This document shows, piece by piece, positions 20,260 through 32,003 of a stretch of 64,000 nucleotides of DNA. The position numbers were made by a program, and so were the translations under genes. The notes beneath the pieces were generated by a model. That model saw only the letters and a list, made by a program, of their open reading frames with translations. It was not told where the DNA came from and did not search any database. Origin of the DNA: Gammaproteobacteria bacterium (GTDB lineage: Bacteria > Pseudomonadota > Gammaproteobacteria > Enterobacterales > Kangiellaceae); NCBI GenBank assembly GCA_013373375.1, contig JABXHY010000018.1:43113-107112 (forward strand). Direction: 5' to 3'. The first letter of the stretch is position 1, and the number at the start of each line of letters is the position of its first letter.

Positions 20260-21233
20260 GTGATATGGACGCTAAAGTAATTCCAGATTGTTGTGAACAG
20301 TTAAAACAGGCTCGTATAACGCAAAAGCTGAGTGTTAAATCCGTCGCTGATCAACTCAAACTTCCTTCCGCAAGGATTGATGAAATTGAAGAAGGTCGTT
20401 TTATTGACTCCGTTTCGCCTGCTTTTTATCGAGGCTATATCCGGTCTTATGCGAACTTACTTAAAATTGATAACAAAGAATTGTTATCTCAATTCAACGA
20501 GTTGTTTGAAGAGACAACCGAAATCAAAAGTACATCAAGAATGGGTGCTTTTGGGGAAAGAAAAAGTGAAGTTAGCAGTGGTGAAGGCGTTTTTAAATGG
20601 ATCTCTCGAGCTATTATATTTGTAATACTTGCAGCAGTTGCATGGGGTATAAAAGAGCGCTTTTTAAAAAATGATGTATCAGGTGATTCCTCTGAACTTA
20701 CCTTAGGGTTACTCGAAGGAGAATCTGCGGAATATAGTTCTAATGAAACGAATGAAGATACAACAGAACAACCTCAGCAGAATGATCGTATCGCGAACTT
20801 ACAAGACCGATTAAATGAAAGCTCAAATTCCTCTGATGATGCAAAAATTCAGACAGATACGACGGCAGTTTTGGAAAGTGAGGTAGCCGATAATACGTCG
20901 TCTAAGGATAACTCCACGTTAGATAAAACTATCAATCAGGACCCTCAAGAAAAAAATCCAATACAACTCGATAATAATTCATCAGAGCTCGCTCAAGACA
21001 GCCTAACCTTAGTGTTTGTTGGTGATTGTTGGGTGGATATTAGAGACTCAAACGGAAAACGTCTTGCTTATGGTGTGAAACAAAATGGCGTTGTGCTTAC
21101 TCTCGACGGAGTCGCGCCTTTCGCTGTTACGCTTGGCGATCCTTCAGTTGTAAATATGCAGTTTAACAATGAATCAGTAGACCTATCCGGATATAGAGCA
21201 GGTCGTCCTGCAAAACTTAATTTAAAGAAATAA
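20250..21233 (+). CDS. rodZ: Cytoskeleton protein RodZ
   Basis: N-terminal HTH (LKQAR...[10 protein letters not shown]), one TM, C-terminal CWVDIRD...LGDP domain. Confidence 0.92.
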   Translation: MAMSDMDAKVIPDCCEQLKQARITQKLSVKSVADQLKLPSARIDEIEEGRFIDSVSPAFYRGYIRSYANLLKIDNKELLSQFNELFEETTEIKSTSRMGAFGERKSEVSSGEGVFKWISRAIIFVILAAVAWGIKERFLKNDVSGDSSELTLGLLEGESAEYSSNETNEDTTEQPQQNDRIANLQDRLNESSNSSDDAKIQTDTTAVLESEVADNTSSKDNSTLDKTINQDPQEKNPIQLDNNSSELAQDSLTLVFVGDCWVDIRDSNGKRLAYGVKQNGVVLTLDGVAPFAVTLGDPSVVNMQFNNESVDLSGYRAGRPAKLNLKK

Positions 21234-21249
21234 CTCAGGAACATTTAGC

Positions 21250-22386
21250 ATGAAAGGGCAATCTTGGATTAAACGTCGTCAATCGAAGAAAATTTGGGTC
21301 GGAAATGTTCCGATTGGTGGTGATGCCCCTATTGCTGTGCAGAGTATGACGAACACCGACACCTGTGATGTCAATGCTACAGTTGCTCAAATTAACCAAC
21401 TTGCTGAAGTTGGAGCCGATATTGTTCGAGTTTCAGTTCCGACTATGGATGCCGCTGAAGCTTTCAAGCTTATAAAGCAACAATCCAGAGTACCTCTGGT
21501 TGCTGACATTCATTTTGATTATAAAATTGCACTTAAAGTTGCGGAGTATGGCGTAGATTGTTTAAGAATTAACCCTGGCAATATTGGAAAAGAAGATCGA
21601 GTCGCTGCAGTAATTAAAACAGCTAAAGATAAAAATATTCCAATTCGTATTGGTGTCAATGCGGGTTCCTTAGAAAAAGATCTACAAGTGAAATATGGAG
21701 AGCCGACTCCTGAAGCATTAGTAGAATCTGCGATGCGCCATATCGATATTCTTGATCGTCATAATTTCGATAATTACAAAATCAGCTTAAAAGCTTCTGA
21801 TGTTTTTATGACTGTATCCGCATATCGCATTCTTGCACAACAAATTGAGCAACCACTCCATTTAGGAATTACTGAAGCAGGTGGGCTACGCTCCGGTTCT
21901 GTGAAGTCTGCTGTTGGTCTAGGATTACTTCTTTCTGAGGGTATTGGTGATACTATTCGCGTTTCGTTAGCTGCAGACCCAGTAGAAGAGATTAAAGTTG
22001 GTTTTGACATCCTAAAGTCTTTGGGACTGCGCCAAAAAGGAATTAATTTTATCGCTTGCCCGTCTTGTTCTCGACAACAATTTGATGTCATAAAAACTGT
22101 TAATGAACTTGAAAGTCGACTCGAGGATATCCGAGATTCTCTTGATGTTGCAATAATAGGTTGTGTCGTCAATGGTCCCGGTGAAGCAAAAGAAGCTGAC
22201 ATTGGATTAACTGGTGGTGCAGGCGCTAGTTTAATGTATCGAGATGGAAATAAAGATCACAAAATTGATAATCAAAATTTAGTCGACGAGCTTGAAGTAG
22301 AAGTTAGACGACAAATCGAAAAGCGAAAGCAAGCAATTAATGAAAAGTCCCACGGAGAAGAAGTGATAAAAGTGGTTGCGTCTTAG
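21250..22386 (+). CDS. ispG: 4-hydroxy-3-methylbut-2-en-1-yl diphosphate synthase
   Basis: [40 protein letters not shown]. Confidence 0.98.
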   Translation: MKGQSWIKRRQSKKIWVGNVPIGGDAPIAVQSMTNTDTCDVNATVAQINQLAEVGADIVRVSVPTMDAAEAFKLIKQQSRVPLVADIHFDYKIALKVAEYGVDCLRINPGNIGKEDRVAAVIKTAKDKNIPIRIGVNAGSLEKDLQVKYGEPTPEALVESAMRHIDILDRHNFDNYKISLKASDVFMTVSAYRILAQQIEQPLHLGITEAGGLRSGSVKSAVGLGLLLSEGIGDTIRVSLAADPVEEIKVGFDILKSLGLRQKGINFIACPSCSRQQFDVIKTVNELESRLEDIRDSLDVAIIGCVVNGPGEAKEADIGLTGGAGASLMYRDGNKDHKIDNQNLVDELEVEVRRQIEKRKQAINEKSHGEEVIKVVAS

Positions 22387-22452
22387 TATTGTTTCTTTTT
22401 ATACAATATTAAATTTTGTGAAAGGACAGGCACTGACTACTGGAATTAATGA

Positions 22453-25400
22453 CTATTCTTGGTGATGCTTAATAAATTCAATTGTCTCCTCGCGAGACAT
22501 TGGTTTTGCGAAGTAGTAACCTTGTACGCTGTCTGCTCCGAATTCTCGAACGAAATCTAATTGCTCAGCAGTTTCTACACCCTCAACGACGCTAGTTTTT
22601 TGCAATGACTTGGCCAAATCTATAATCGTTTTGATAATAGTTTCAGCTTCTTTCTGTTCGCCAATTCGCGCCACAAAGCTTCGATCAATTTTGAGCTTTT
22701 CAATTGGAAGTTGGTGTAAATATTTTAATGACGAATACCCAGTACCAAAATCATCCAGTGCGAGATCAATTCCAATCTTCTTTAGCTTTCGTATTAAAGT
22801 TAATGCCACTTCCATATCCGTCATCAGCATACTTTCTGTAAGTTCAAACTCAAGCGCTCCAGGTTGAATCTGGTAATGTGCTAGCCTTTCTTTCATATAA
22901 AGGTCAAAATCATTTTGCTTAAAATGCCGAGCAGATAAATTAACCGCCAGTCCTATTTCAAAATCATGACTATGCCATAATTGTAGCGTTTCAAGCGCAA
23001 GCTCGATCAGCTGTTCAGTTAGCGGAATAATTAGTCCAATCTCTTCAGCCACAGGAATAAAGTCTATCGGTGAAATTATCTCGTTATTACTTCGTTGCCA
23101 GCGCGCCAGTGCTTCAAATCCTGCTATTTTGTTTGTATGAAGGTCGATTTGTGGTTGATATAGAAGGGTAAACTCATTGTTCTTTATTCCTTCTCGTATC
23201 ATTTTTTCCATCGACATACGATTGATAGCTTCATCATTCATTGAAGCAATGAAGTACTTAAAATTATTTCGCCCAGAATTTTTTGCATGATACATTGCCA
23301 TGTCAGCATGTTTTAAAATTATATTGGCTTCACTCCCGTCGTCAGGAAAAACAGAAATTCCAATACTGGGTGACGAATTTACTTCATGCTCTCCGATTGT
23401 AAGAGGCGAAGCCATTTTTTCTAATATTGTATTGGCGATACGACTTGCAGTATCTATGGAGTAAATATCTTCGAGCATTACAACAAACTCATCACCACCA
23501 AGTCTTGCTACTGTATCGTTTCGACGAACTGCACTTTTTAAAATTCCGGAAACTGCTATTAAAAGTCTATCACCTACTTCGTGACCTAGTGAGTCATTCA
23601 CTTGTTTAAACCGATCGAGATCAATGAAAAATACCGCAACCATTTGCTTTCGACGCTGTCCATTCTCAATTGCATGTGTTATTCGATCCATCAGTAATGC
23701 GCGATTGGGCAAACCAGTAAGCGGGTCATAATTGGCTAAACGTTTTAACTCTTCTTGAGCGGCTTTTTGCTCACTGATATCAGTGGCACTAATGACGTAA
23801 TAGACTTCAGAGTCATTATTTTTGAATTTATTAACGCTTACCAGTACTGATAGAGGCTCTTGATATTTTCTTAAAACTAACCCTTCAGTTTCAAATTCAT
23901 TGTTTGACTCCAGCCGGTGCTTCATTGTTTGTGCAATGGGTAACTGTGAGTCTGGATTGACAAGGACCGACAATGGCTTTTCTACCACTTCATTAAGATC
24001 GATACCTGTGGTGTTGAAAAACGAGTGGTTGGTCACTTTTACATTAAATACTTTGTCGAGAATAATAATAATGTCTCGAGTGTTGTCGAATGCCTCAAAG
24101 AATAAATCCATTTTATCTTGTGTTGACTTGGTATCTGTAATATCAGTGAAAGTTCCTGTGACCCTTATAGGATCTTTATTACTGTTGACTTCCGTTACTT
24201 TTGCTAAGTCGCGATACCAACACCACTCATCTTGCTGGTTTTTGAGGCGGTATACATGTTCGAACGATGAATCTGGTTGAGATAAAAACCTTCTCCACTT
24301 GGCTGAGTAAGCGTCTTTATCGTCTGGATGAATGAAATTGATTTTTTCACTCAAGTTTATGGCATCATTTTCATTTTCGACTAAATGATTTAGTCGCGGT
24401 TCAAAGATCTCGTCATTTTTTGCATGCCAATCCCACATACCACTATTTGATCCATTAAGTGCTAACTGCAGTCTTTCTTCATTGGAAGCTAATATTGTGT
24501 TGGTTTGAAGGAGATATTTTTGCCGACGATAGCGTTGATATCCAATAGTTGAGATGATTGCAAGAGCAACTAGCACATAGGTGGTTAGCGCAATAGGTGA
24601 TAGCCAAGGTGCTGGATGGTTGACTATAGACAATACATAAGGTTCTGATAACTCACCATTAGTGTAGTCCACTGCTGCAATATAGAGTTTGCTTTTGCCT
24701 GGTTTAAACTTTGGAAATAAAAGAGTGTTATTAAATGTTGAAGTAATCTGAGTGGCTGAGTCTCCCTCTATCCAGTAATCGTATTTTACCTGTTCCGTTT
24801 TATTAAATAGTCGTGCTGAGTATTCGATGTTTAAACCAAAGTCATCATACTCAAGTTCAATGGTATTGGCGTCAGAATAATTTCGATTACCTTTTGATAG
24901 TAAAGAGACTTTGCTAGGCATAACATTAATAACATGATTATGCTCGATATCAAGTCTTTGCAAGTCGATAAATACCACCCCGCGAGTTGTACCAAATGCC
25001 CAGTTATCGTCATTTATATTTACAGTAGTGCCACCAATAAACTCATTACTGATTAAGCCATCTGTTTTTGAAAATTTTTGATTGCTGTAATTCTCACGAT
25101 TGATTTTTATTAGACCGTCATTACTGGTGACCCAAACAAAATTTTCATCGTAGGTAAAAACATCCAGAAAATTACTAGTGTTAAGTTCAGTAGGTGGAAT
25201 GATTTTCAGTGTTTCGCTCGAATCGACATCTACAATGTAGAGCCCAAGTCCTGAATAGTTTATCCAATACTGGTTATCTACTTTAAGTATTGATTGTGGA
25301 ACAGCTTGGGTTGAGTCATCTTTTTTCAGTTCGTGCAAGACTTTAGTTTGTTGAGTGGTTCGGTCATAAGTGACAACAGAGTTATACTTAGCAAAAAATA

Positions 25401-26952
25401 GTTGATTGGTCGAAGGTTCACTTTTCAAGATAAATTGAAATGCATTATCGCCTTTTTGCTGTGTTAGGCCTTCTATTTCACTAAACTCTCCCGATTCAAC
25501 ATTGAATAAGAAAACGTCTTCGTCCTGCAGTACGAGCAAGTTATCTTCATCGACCGGTGAAACAAAGTAAGTTGTTTTGTTTAATCGTTTAGTTTGTTCT
25601 GGTGTTAGTACAAGTTCAACTTCTGACTGGTCATTTTTGTTTAATAGTTTAATGCCTTTTGTTCGATGTAATATTGTTCGAGAAGGGCTAGTGAATATCT
25701 GATAAATTGACTCATCGCTAAAAGGTGATTTTTCATCTTTGTTAACGAAATACTGTTCAGTTGTGTCATCAATTAAATTGTATTTCGCCAGACCATGAGT
25801 CGTACCAATCAATAAATGATTTTCGTCTAGTTTACGCATAGCATAAACATTATTACTCGGTAGGCGTTGTGGCGTGCCTCGTTGATTGGATATTATGCCC
25901 GTTACGGCTCGGTTCGGTCGCCATTTAAAAAAGCCGTCTTCTCGACTACTGAGCCATAGATTTTCTTCGCGATCGACAAATAAACGCGTTATATCATTAT
26001 CGTAAAGTTGGTAAGGCGTGTCGGAGTATCGAATTAAATGTGAAAGCTTATTGTTTTCATCGATAAAATAGAGCCCATTGTCGGTTGCTGCATAAATGGT
26101 GTCATCGTAATCAATCATATGCCAAATATTTCGACTGGCGTTTACTTCATAAATTGAGTCCGCTGTTATCTCTTCATTCCGCTCCAGAGATGACATTATG
26201 GAATTTAGGGTAATTCGATATAGTCCTTCTACGGTTGCGATGTAGATGTAACCCTGATTAAAGTTGAAAATTCCTTTAACATTGTTTTCATCGGAGTTTG
26301 GCGGCGCTATGGTATGGTTTAGCTTTCGAAAGACACGGTTTTTTAAGTCATAGGAGAACAAGCCAACTGAAGTTCCAATGAGTAAATAGTTTTTTATGCG
26401 ATATATGGATCGGATGATGTCCTGATCACCGACGTTACCAGGCAGGTCTGTTATTTGGAATAAATAAGAATATTGATCACTTGCTCGATCGTATTGGTAG
26501 ACTTGATACAGGCTTATTAGCCATAGATTATTTTGGTTGTCTTCATATACTTCAGTTATCCTTTGGGCTGAAGTTTTTTCGCTCATACCTTTAGGAAGTG
26601 TAACCGCTGTAAAGGATTCTGTTTCGGGTTGATAGCGATAATTTTTATTTCTCCCGCCACTTACCCAAGTTTCGCCTTCTTTATCAGTGTAGAGCAAAGT
26701 GATGTAGGCCGCGTTGAAAGCATCTGTCGGGCCGTTGACGGGTCGTACATCATAAGCGTCGTATCGGTTAAGTCCCTCTTCTGTCCCAATCCACAAATAT
26801 CCCGCTTTGTCTTGAGTTAGCTCCCATACGACGCTCTGACTTAATCCGTCTTGAGTTGATATATGTTCGAGCTGTATTGGAGCGGATATCGAGTAACCGA
26901 TCTGAGGGGCTATAAGTGTACAAAAAATGCTCAGAAAGACATATTTTTTCAT
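22453..26952 (-). CDS. Membrane sensor GGDEF-EAL protein: periplasmic Reg_prop beta-propeller, TM, PAS domains, GGDEF and EAL
   Basis: Signal peptide, DGLSQSVV...QDKAGYLWIGTEEGLNRYD propeller repeats, TM (PWLSPIALTTYVLV), PAS (IHPDD...WYRD), RRND I-site with GGDEF, EALARW, DDFGTGYSSL, EGVE, QGY. Confidence 0.92.
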   Translation of the reverse strand: MKKYVFLSIFCTLIAPQIGYSISAPIQLEHISTQDGLSQSVVWELTQDKAGYLWIGTEEGLNRYDAYDVRPVNGPTDAFNAAYITLLYTDKEGETWVSGGRNKNYRYQPETESFTAVTLPKGMSEKTSAQRITEVYEDNQNNLWLISLYQVYQYDRASDQYSYLFQITDLPGNVGDQDIIRSIYRIKNYLLIGTSVGLFSYDLKNRVFRKLNHTIAPPNSDENNVKGIFNFNQGYIYIATVEGLYRITLNSIMSSLERNEEITADSIYEVNASRNIWHMIDYDDTIYAATDNGLYFIDENNKLSHLIRYSDTPYQLYDNDITRLFVDREENLWLSSREDGFFKWRPNRAVTGIISNQRGTPQRLPSNNVYAMRKLDENHLLIGTTHGLAKYNLIDDTTEQYFVNKDEKSPFSDESIYQIFTSPSRTILHRTKGIKLLNKNDQSEVELVLTPEQTKRLNKTTYFVSPVDEDNLLVLQDEDVFLFNVESGEFSEIEGLTQQKGDNAFQFILKSEPSTNQLFFAKYNSVVTYDRTTQQTKVLHELKKDDSTQAVPQSILKVDNQYWINYSGLGLYIVDVDSSETLKIIPPTELNTSNFLDVFTYDENFVWVTSNDGLIKINRENYSNQKFSKTDGLISNEFIGGTTVNINDDNWAFGTTRGVVFIDLQRLDIEHNHVINVMPSKVSLLSKGNRNYSDANTIELEYDDFGLNIEYSARLFNKTEQVKYDYWIEGDSATQITSTFNNTLLFPKFKPGKSKLYIAAVDYTNGELSEPYVLSIVNHPAPWLSPIALTTYVLVALAIISTIGYQRYRRQKYLLQTNTILASNEERLQLALNGSNSGMWDWHAKNDEIFEPRLNHLVENENDAINLSEKINFIHPDDKDAYSAKWRRFLSQPDSSFEHVYRLKNQQDEWCWYRDLAKVTEVNSNKDPIRVTGTFTDITDTKSTQDKMDLFFEAFDNTRDIIIILDKVFNVKVTNHSFFNTTGIDLNEVVEKPLSVLVNPDSQLPIAQTMKHRLESNNEFETEGLVLRKYQEPLSVLVSVNKFKNNDSEVYYVISATDISEQKAAQEELKRLANYDPLTGLPNRALLMDRITHAIENGQRRKQMVAVFFIDLDRFKQVNDSLGHEVGDRLLIAVSGILKSAVRRNDTVARLGGDEFVVMLEDIYSIDTASRIANTILEKMASPLTIGEHEVNSSPSIGISVFPDDGSEANIILKHADMAMYHAKNSGRNNFKYFIASMNDEAINRMSMEKMIREGIKNNEFTLLYQPQIDLHTNKIAGFEALARWQRSNNEIISPIDFIPVAEEIGLIIPLTEQLIELALETLQLWHSHDFEIGLAVNLSARHFKQNDFDLYMKERLAHYQIQPGALEFELTESMLMTDMEVALTLIRKLKKIGIDLALDDFGTGYSSLKYLHQLPIEKLKIDRSFVARIGEQKEAETIIKTIIDLAKSLQKTSVVEGVETAEQLDFVREFGADSVQGYYFAKPMSREETIEFIKHHQE

Positions 26953-27066
26953 TGCTTACGGATTATTATTGTCGACCTATGGATTATAGTAGCTAACTTT
27001 GCCAGAAAATTGGGCTACACAAGGTTAATTCTGTACTAATACGCTCCACAAGCCGTGTTTTTTCGC

Positions 27067-27078
27067 TATAATGCCGCG
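27067..27078 (+). promoter_or_regulatory. Putative -10 element and discriminator of a dedicated hisS promoter
   Basis: TATAAT 27067-72 followed by GCCGCG, about 35 nt before the hisS start. -35 is poor. Confidence 0.45.
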
Positions 27079-27108
27079 TTTATCTAAGTCAACCTAAGTA
27101 GGCCTTCT

Positions 27109-28398
27109 TTGAAAACCAAGTTTCAAGCCATAAAAGGAATGAATGACCTGTTGCCAGAGCAATCTGCAGTGTGGCAGAAGGTTGAACATTTATTACGACG
27201 CTTGATGCAGCAATATGGTTACGGCGAAATTCGAATGCCAATTGTTGAGAAGACAGCTTTATTCAAGCGCTCAATTGGTGAAGTTACCGATATCGTTGAG
27301 AAAGAGATGTACACCTGGACCGATCGAAACGATGACAGCCTTACTCTACGACCTGAAGGTACTGCAAGCTGTGTAAGAGCCGGGATTGAACATGGGCTGC
27401 TGTACAACCAACAGCAAAAGTTATGGTACATGGGCCCAATGTTTCGACGAGAAAATCCTCAAAAGGGGCGGTACCGTCAGTTTCACCAGTTAGGGGTGGA
27501 AGCTTTTGGGTTTAATGGTCCTGATGTCGAGGTTGAACAAATTTTACTCACTCGACGATTATGGCAAGAAATTGGAATTGCCAACGATGTAACGCTCCAC
27601 ATTAACACTCTTGGGGATCCTGAGTCTCGAAAAGTGTATCGAGAGATATTAGTTGAGTATTTACAGTCTAATTTTGAGCAACTGGATGAGGACAGTAAAA
27701 GACGATTAGAGTCGAACCCATTGAGAATTCTCGATAGCAAAAATCCAAAGCTGCAAAGTATTATCGAATCAGCACCAAAGCTTGAAGATCATCTCGATGA
27801 TGAGTCAAAAGAACATTTCGAGAGTTTTAAAGGCTTGCTCGATGGCATGGGAGTCAGTTACGTTGTAAACCCTCGGTTGGTCAGAGGGCTTGATTACTAC
27901 AACAGAACTGTTTTCGAGTGGATGACAGACAAGCTAGGCGCTCAAGGTACTATATGCGCCGGTGGTCGGTACGATGGTCTAACCGAGCAACTTGGAGGGC
28001 AGTCAACTCCGGCCTGTGGGTTTGCAATGGGAATCGAACGCATCATTGCACTCGCAGAAGAAACTGAGTTTGGCCAAAATGTGTCTAACGCCAGTGATAT
28101 TTATTTAATTGCGATTGGTTCAGTTGCAGAGAAAAAAGCTTTTAATATCGCCGAAGAAATACGAACTCTTTTCCCTTCATTGCGTCTAAGCATGAACTTT
28201 GGTGGTGGGAACTTCAAAAAGCAGTTTAAAAAAGCGGATAAAAGCGGTGCTCGTCTTGCCTTGATTTTAGGCGAGGATGAAGTGGCTAATGAAAGTTGTG
28301 GTGTTAAATTTTTACGAGAAGAAAAGCCGCAAGAGTCAATGTCTTGGGATTCTATCGCAGATACAATCAAAAACTATTTTCAATTATTGGACAGATAA
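27109..28398 (+). CDS. hisS: Histidine--tRNA ligase
   Basis: [52 protein letters not shown] start. Confidence 0.98.
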   Translation: MKTKFQAIKGMNDLLPEQSAVWQKVEHLLRRLMQQYGYGEIRMPIVEKTALFKRSIGEVTDIVEKEMYTWTDRNDDSLTLRPEGTASCVRAGIEHGLLYNQQQKLWYMGPMFRRENPQKGRYRQFHQLGVEAFGFNGPDVEVEQILLTRRLWQEIGIANDVTLHINTLGDPESRKVYREILVEYLQSNFEQLDEDSKRRLESNPLRILDSKNPKLQSIIESAPKLEDHLDDESKEHFESFKGLLDGMGVSYVVNPRLVRGLDYYNRTVFEWMTDKLGAQGTICAGGRYDGLTEQLGGQSTPACGFAMGIERIIALAEETEFGQNVSNASDIYLIAIGSVAEKKAFNIAEEIRTLFPSLRLSMNFGGGNFKKQFKKADKSGARLALILGEDEVANESCGVKFLREEKPQESMSWDSIADTIKNYFQLLDR

Positions 28399-28428
28399 CT
28401 ATATCTGCTGTGTTTAGGAGTAAATAAA

Positions 28429-29145
28429 GTGGAAGTTTACAATTCAGAAGAAGAACAAATTAAAGCCATTAAAGATTGGTGGAGTGAAAACGGCACCTCT
28501 ATCATCGTAGGTGTTGTTTTGGGAGTCGGCGGATTTCTCGGGTACAACTTTTGGCAAGGCCAGGTGTTGGAGAAACAGCAAAACGCCTCTAAAGCGTTTG
28601 AAGTTTTCACTGACATTAATCCAAGTGACAAGTTTGATGAGTTTGCTAGCTCGGCGCAAAATATCAAACAAGAATATTCTGACACAGGATACGCGGTTGT
28701 TGCAGCCTTACATATGGCAAAACAATATCTAAGCAAGGGTGACCTCTCTGCAGCGAAAAAAGAATTAGAGTGGGCTGTTCAACAAACTGAAGGCGAGCCG
28801 CTAAATGCATTAATGAAAATTCGCTTAGCGAGAGTTCTCGTGGCGCAAGATGATGCTCAAGCAGCGATTACTCTTTTAGATAATATTTCGGCTGACTCTT
28901 TCAGTGCTTTGAAACAACAAGTATTGGGCGATGCTTACGCTGCGAAAGGCGAGGCGGAGAAAGCTAAACTCGCATATACCCTAGCGAAAGAATCGAGTGA
29001 ATCTTACATTGTTAAAAATGAACTTGAGATGATGATCAATGACTTAAGTGTTGCTGAACAGTCAACTGAAACCACTGCAAAAGATTCTTCCGAAGTCGAG
29101 CAAAAAGCGGCTGACACTGAAACTGAAGAGACACAAGGTTCATAA
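28429..29145 (+). CDS. yfgM: YfgM family ancillary SecYEG subunit (TPR) with acidic tail
   Basis: EEEQIKAIKDWWSENG, one TM, IRLARV, position hisS-yfgM-bamB. Confidence 0.93.
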   Translation: MEVYNSEEEQIKAIKDWWSENGTSIIVGVVLGVGGFLGYNFWQGQVLEKQQNASKAFEVFTDINPSDKFDEFASSAQNIKQEYSDTGYAVVAALHMAKQYLSKGDLSAAKKELEWAVQQTEGEPLNALMKIRLARVLVAQDDAQAAITLLDNISADSFSALKQQVLGDAYAAKGEAEKAKLAYTLAKESSESYIVKNELEMMINDLSVAEQSTETTAKDSSEVEQKAADTETEETQGS

Positions 29146-30377
29146 TGACCAAACGCGTTATCAAGCAAAAAATAAAACTGAGCTTAGTCGTTCTAACATC
29201 AATTTTCGTAATTGCAGGCTGCGGCGATGAAGATGAGATTTTACCAAATCCAATCCCTGTCGTTGAAGATCCAAAAGTTGCTTACGACTTGTTATGGAAC
29301 AAGGATATCGGTGATGGTATTGGTGAAAGTTTACTTAAGTTAGTTCCTTCTTATGGATACGATAAACTCTTTATCGCTGACACAAATGGAGAAGTTTCTG
29401 CTCGCAATGTCAATAACGGTGAAGTTATTTGGCAAGTGAATGTAAAAGAAAAAATTTCGGCGGGTGTAACAGTCGCGAATCGAATGGCGGTGGTCGCAAC
29501 CCGAGAAGGTGAAATTGTCGCATTAAACGTTGAAGATGGTTCTGAATTATGGCGTAGCCAATTATCCAGTGAAATTATTTCTCCACCGGCAGTAGGTGAT
29601 GGTGTTGTTGTTGCCAATACGGTTGATGGAAAAATCATCGCGGTTGATGCGGAAACAGGCACCAGCAAATGGTTTTACGATCGTAACCTTCCTCCATTAA
29701 CTTTACGTGGCACATCTTCACCGGTTATAGCGTTAGGCGCAGCGATAGCAGGATTTGCAAACGGTAAAGTTGGCGTTTTTGTTATTGAAAATGGTCGCTT
29801 GGCCTGGGAGCGTCAGGTTACAGCTCCAAGTGGTCGCTCGGATCTCCAACGGTTAGTCGATGTTGATGCACAGCCCATTGTATTCGGCTCAACTTTGTAT
29901 GTGTCTTCGTTTAACGGAAACTTGTTGGCTCTCGAAGTTCGAAGTGGTGAACCATTATGGTCGCGTGAACTGTCATCTTTCCAAGATATGTCGATTGATA
30001 ATCAAACATTATTGGTGACCCACGACAACGGCTATGTGAGCAGTTTGAATCGAAATAATGGTAGCTTATTATGGACTCAAAAAGCGCTTTTCCTTCGTCA
30101 AACTACTTCTCCTGTGCCCTATGAAGGTCATATAGTTGTCGGGGATATGGGCGGCTTCTTACATATGTTAGATAAATCGACGGGTAAGTTAATCGGTCAA
30201 ATTAATGTCAATAATCATTTGAATATTTCAGACTGTTACGACAGTGAAGTGAATTGTCGGCTGCATAACTATGAAGCTTACGGAATTGCCTCGCAGCCAA
30301 TCGTGATGAATGATTTATTAATTGTACAAACCCGTAATGGTCATTTGATTGCTTACAAAAATCGTAAGCCAGAGTAA
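29145..30377 (+). CDS. bamB: Outer membrane protein assembly lipoprotein BamB
   Basis: Lipobox IAGC, PQQ-like propeller repeats, LTLRGTSSP, RLVDVDAQP. Confidence 0.95.
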   Translation: MTKRVIKQKIKLSLVVLTSIFVIAGCGDEDEILPNPIPVVEDPKVAYDLLWNKDIGDGIGESLLKLVPSYGYDKLFIADTNGEVSARNVNNGEVIWQVNVKEKISAGVTVANRMAVVATREGEIVALNVEDGSELWRSQLSSEIISPPAVGDGVVVANTVDGKIIAVDAETGTSKWFYDRNLPPLTLRGTSSPVIALGAAIAGFANGKVGVFVIENGRLAWERQVTAPSGRSDLQRLVDVDAQPIVFGSTLYVSSFNGNLLALEVRSGEPLWSRELSSFQDMSIDNQTLLVTHDNGYVSSLNRNNGSLLWTQKALFLRQTTSPVPYEGHIVVGDMGGFLHMLDKSTGKLIGQINVNNHLNISDCYDSEVNCRLHNYEAYGIASQPIVMNDLLIVQTRNGHLIAYKNRKPE

Positions 30378-30383
30378 AAATAG

Positions 30384-31781
30384 ATGATGGTTCCTGTAGT
30401 AGCATTGGTTGGGCGTCCAAACGTTGGAAAGTCGACTTTATTTAATCGGCTTACCCGAACTCGAGACGCGCTGGTTGCTGACCTTCCGGGTCTGACTCGT
30501 GACCGCCAATACGGCCATGCAAAAATTGAAGGTCATCCTTTCATTATCATTGATACAGGCGGTATTACTGGTGGTGAAGTTGGGATTGACGGATTCATGG
30601 CTGAACAATCGAAAGCAGCTGTACAGGAATCCGACATCGTATTGTTTGTATTAGACGCTCGTTCTGGGTTAACTGCAGTCGATGAAAATCTTGCCCGGGA
30701 ATTAAGAGCTTCCGGTAAACCTGTTCATTTAGTTGTTAACAAAATTGATGGTATCAACGCTGACACTGCTCTGGCTGACTTTTATTCTCTTGGTTTTGAT
30801 AGTGTTAACCCAATTGCTGCCGCTCACGGTCGTGGGGTTATGTCGTTAGCGGAAGAAGTGTTACTACCTATTTCTCCGGAAATTGATGAAGAGCAGGAAA
30901 AAGAGCGTTCTAAACATCCAAAGATTGCAATTGTCGGTCGACCAAATGTTGGTAAGTCAACGCTCGTGAATCGGATGTTGGGCGAAGAACGTGTTGTGGT
31001 TTTTGATATGCCAGGAACAACTCGGGACTCCATTTATATCGATATGGAACGTCGCGATAAACCCTATACCATTATTGATACAGCAGGTGTTAGGCGTCGG
31101 GGTAAAGTAAAAGAAACGGTTGAGAAGTTTTCTGTTCTAAAAACGTTGCAAGCCATTGAAGATTCGAATGTTGTCATTATGGTATTCGATGCTCGAGAAA
31201 ATATTACCGAGCAAGATCTTTCGTTATTGCGTTATGTCATGGAAGCAGGGCGGTCCTTGGTTATTTCCATAAACAAGTGGGATGGGATGACCGGCGAGGA
31301 ACGTGAACAAGTGAAAGCTGAAATTAATCGCCGTATGGTGTTCGCTGACTTTGCACGAATGCATTTTATTTCAGCGCTTCATGGTTCTGGTGTCGGAGAT
31401 TTGTTTGATTCAGTTGATGAAGCTTTCCAAAGTGCCAATATCGAAATGAGCGCATCAAAATTAACGCGTGAGCTTGAAATTGCAGTTGCGAAACACCCTC
31501 CTCCAACAGTTAAAGGATTCCGCAGTAAGTTGCGCTATGCACACCCTGGTGGACATAACCCTCCTCGTATAGTTATTCATGGAAACCGAACGACTAAATT
31601 ACCTGAGTCGTATCAGCGTTATTTGATTAAGCATTTTATTAAAGCGCTGAAAATAGTTGGCACACCAATAAAGCTGGAATTGAAAGAGGGTAAAAATCCT
31701 CATGAAGGTAAAAAACAAGAAGTGACTCGACGCCAGAGGCTCAAAAGGAAAAGAGCTATTAAAAAATTCGGTAAAAAGTAA
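30384..31781 (+). CDS. der: Ribosome biogenesis GTPase Der/EngA
   Basis: Two [10 protein letters not shown]-domains, [26 protein letters not shown]. Confidence 0.98.
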   Translation: MMVPVVALVGRPNVGKSTLFNRLTRTRDALVADLPGLTRDRQYGHAKIEGHPFIIIDTGGITGGEVGIDGFMAEQSKAAVQESDIVLFVLDARSGLTAVDENLARELRASGKPVHLVVNKIDGINADTALADFYSLGFDSVNPIAAAHGRGVMSLAEEVLLPISPEIDEEQEKERSKHPKIAIVGRPNVGKSTLVNRMLGEERVVVFDMPGTTRDSIYIDMERRDKPYTIIDTAGVRRRGKVKETVEKFSVLKTLQAIEDSNVVIMVFDARENITEQDLSLLRYVMEAGRSLVISINKWDGMTGEEREQVKAEINRRMVFADFARMHFISALHGSGVGDLFDSVDEAFQSANIEMSASKLTRELEIAVAKHPPPTVKGFRSKLRYAHPGGHNPPRIVIHGNRTTKLPESYQRYLIKHFIKALKIVGTPIKLELKEGKNPHEGKKQEVTRRQRLKRKRAIKKFGKK

Positions 31782-31806
31782 TTCAAATTAATCTATAAAA
31801 ACCAAT

Positions 31807-31911
31807 AGTGACGAAGAAAGAATTTAATGCTTATTGGATGAGCTTCGTCACTTGAAAGTTGTCTATTTAGCTTTTCTTGCTAAACTAACAATGCCAGTAC
31901 GTAAATAGACA
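31807..31911. repeat. Two consecutive 10-bp inverted repeats with long loops in the der-HDOD spacer
   Basis: AGTGACGAAG (31807-16) / CTTCGTCACT (31843-52) and TGTCTATTTA (31860-69) / TAAATAGACA (31902-11). Confidence 0.65.
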
Positions 31912-32003
31912 CAGCCATTATCGTAGCTATGGAAATTGTATCGCTATGAGAATGGTGTAGCTATTTAAAGTGCTAAAAGAATTTATACTTTTAACCTTAC
32001 TGA

